64,000 nucleotides of DNA from contig MU053594.1 in NCBI GenBank assembly GCA_013239625.1, positions 1,519,654 to 1,583,653 on the forward strand, written 5' to 3'. Source of the stretch: Lama guanicoe. Its lineage: Eukaryota. The translations under genes and the position numbers were made by a program. The notes under the pieces were generated by a model, which had not been told where the DNA came from, did no database searches, and saw nothing but the letters and a program-made list of their open reading frames with translations. This document shows positions 61,761-64,000 of the stretch, in pieces; positions within the stretch are counted from its first letter, which is position 1; each line of letters opens with the position of its first letter.

Positions 61761-63102
61761 TTGGTGATAAGCAACACTGTCACAGGGAGGAAGGAGACAG
61801 CAGCTGCACGTAATTATTTTTTTCTCTCTCAGGAAAGCGTTTGGCTGAGTGAAGACATAACTCAGTATCCTTCGTGTGTTCAGGCAGGATTGTCTAGGGG
61901 TCACGTGCACCCTGCCCACCCTAGGCTGCCGTGTGATTGCTACTTGACTTGGTCTTGATTCTCTGTTTTGCTGCCTTATCTCTCCCCTCCCCTTGGAGCT
62001 GCAGTGTCCTAATTTTTAATATGGGACCATATCAGACCCACCGCACCCAGCCATTGTAAGAATTAGCAGGCACCTATATATCTGTCTTACCTTTGGCTTT
62101 GCTGCCCTGCACCCGGGATAAAACGTCTCCCTCTGACTTCAGCTGCTCAGATTTCTACCTGGCTCCCAGAAGCACCCAGTCACGCTTCGGGAGCAGAAGC
62201 TACATGGTGAGGAAATGGCTATGTTTGCAGCTATCTGAAATACCTGCTCTCAAAAAAAAAAAAGTCTTTTATAAACCGTAAAACCTACCAGTGATGACTC
62301 AGAGTTAGCATATGTCCCCCAAAGGAGTTAACCAAGCTGATAATGGATTTCTCACGCACCACCAGAGCCTGTCTGAGAAGTCAGCGCATCTCCTGGGATT
62401 AACACCTTCCACCTGGGGAACAGGCTCAGCCACCGACTCGACTCCCAAGGGGCTGGGTTTTCCTGCCTGGAAGAGCCGGCCACCCAGACCTCCTGGACTT
62501 TCCTCTCTCATCAAAGATAATGCTTAATTCCAGGCAGGATGCACTGAGGAAGAAGCAGAGCTTCACAGGACCATCTGGCCTCCCCTGGAGACCATAACCT
62601 CCAGGATGTCAAACCCAGAAAGCGGCTGGGGCTTCAGCCTCACCCCACTGCGCCCTCCCCGACAAGCTCCTGAGCCCAGGCACAGCCAGCTTCTACCCTC
62701 CAGGCTTCTGCCATGTGTCCAGCATGTTGTCTCCATCTGCACCCCCTCCACCCCCAGCCTCACTCAGAGCTGCCTCGGGACTCACCTGGGCTATGGCCAG
62801 GAGCTCCCACCTGCAAGTCTCACCTCCGCCCTCATCTCGCCTGACTCTTCCTCGACGCCAGATCCCAGTGATCCACACAGCTCTGACCAGGCTGCCCCTC
62901 TCCTCTGAAACCTTTCCATCTCCCCACTGCCCAGCAGAGGGACAGACTGGTAGCCTCCGGCCAGACACAGTATGCAGACAGGTTTTGTTTGATCTGCACA
63001 ATGTTTTCAAGTCTTTTGAACCAATACTTTAAAATCAGGAGTTGCACATAAAAATTCAAATTGCTGACTTGTCTCCGACACCAGGAGATCTGGCAAACCC
63101 AA

Positions 63103-63623
63103 TGTGGTGGTTAATTTTATGTGTCCACTTTCCTGGGCTAAGGGGTACCCAGATAGCTAGTTAAAAAATTATTTCTCCATGTGTCTGTGAGGGTGTTTCC
63201 AGGAGACATTAGCATTTTAGTTGGTGAACCAAGTAGAGAAGATCTTTCCCCCCAGTGTGTGGGCATCATCCAGTCCATCGAGGGCCTGAATGGATAAAAC
63301 TGTGGAGGAAGGGGGAATTCATTCTCTCTGCTTGAGCTGAGACACTCGTCTTCCTCTGCCCTTGGACATCAGCTTTCCTGGTTCGATGGACTCGGGATGG
63401 GACCTCCCCGGCCCCCACCCCCGCCTCCCTGGTTCTCAAATCTGCAGACTCAGTCTGAACTACACCACCAGCTCCAGCTCTCGTGGTTTTCCGCTTGTAG
63501 ACGGCAACTCGGGGGGCTTCCTTGTCCCCATAACCACAAGAGCCAGTTCTTACAATAAATCTTCTCTTATGGATAGCTAGATCAATCTTACTGCTTGTTC
63601 CTCTGGGAAACCCTGACGAATAA
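63103..63623 (+). mobile_element. MLT2-type ERVL solo LTR, apparently inserted in a MER102-like hAT fragment (~62940-63750)
   Basis: 'tgtggtggttaattttatgtgtccact...gtgtctgtgagggtgtttccagga...gttcctctgggaaaccctgac'. Confidence 0.88.
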
Positions 63624-64000
63624 CCTGGGTCTTTATTTACACCATCAGCTGGAGCTGGGTCTGGCAGCTGCTCGCTCTGCCGGCTCCACTTGCACCACAG
63701 CCCCGTGGCCAAGAGACTGGAGTCCAAACTCTTTGACCTCCTTTCCTTACTCTCGCCCTAAGCCTTCTTTGTAGCTTCACTCTCACTACAGATGCAGTGA
63801 GCATATGATGCATCTTCCAAATCAGGACATTTTTGAAAGTAAAAAGCAGCACTGAGAACAAGTACCAGGTGCTCATTGATCCGCAACAGGCATACACTGA
63901 GGCTTTTTCTGGCAAACCTGGGTGTATGGTTGCCCGAACTATCGACCTCAACTTGGGCATCACACACCCTAATCTCCAGGCAACCCACATCGCCCGTGGT

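Noticed and set aside
1..64000. CRISPR arrays, operons, rRNA, or non-retroviral endogenous viral elements
   Set aside because: I saw no regularly spaced repeats, rRNA-like sequence or viral protein motifs. A tBLASTx or HMM search would be needed to exclude highly decayed viral inserts.

Overview
Mammalian genomic DNA, almost certainly camelid (camel, alpaca or llama), judged from five copies of a Vic-1-like tRNA-derived SINE and from the L1 3' ends. I find no credible host protein-coding gene. The ORF track is mostly chance ORFs plus fragments of L1 ORF1/ORF2 and one decayed transposase. The window looks like intergenic DNA or a large intron, densely filled with interspersed repeats: L1, L2, L3/CR1, MIR, ERV1-type solo LTRs with intact 4-bp target-site duplications (TSDs), MaLR/ERVL LTRs and hAT MITEs. 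Several repeat-free, motif-dense islands look like enhancers. The standout is a ~3.26-kb, apparently full-length fossil hAT (Charlie4-like, Buster clade) DNA transposon at 41173-44430. It retains both terminal inverted repeats (TIRs), a degenerate 8-bp TSD and a recognisable BED-to-C-terminus transposase relic on the minus strand. Other oddities are a 59-bp duplication flanking an L1, an inverted pair of CCAAT/octamer-bearing LTRs, a PBX-HOX/MEIS motif cluster, a perfect RFX X-box and a strong plus-strand bias of L1/SINE insertions. Repeat family names come from memory of consensus sequences rather than a database search. Boundaries without a TSD are approximate.
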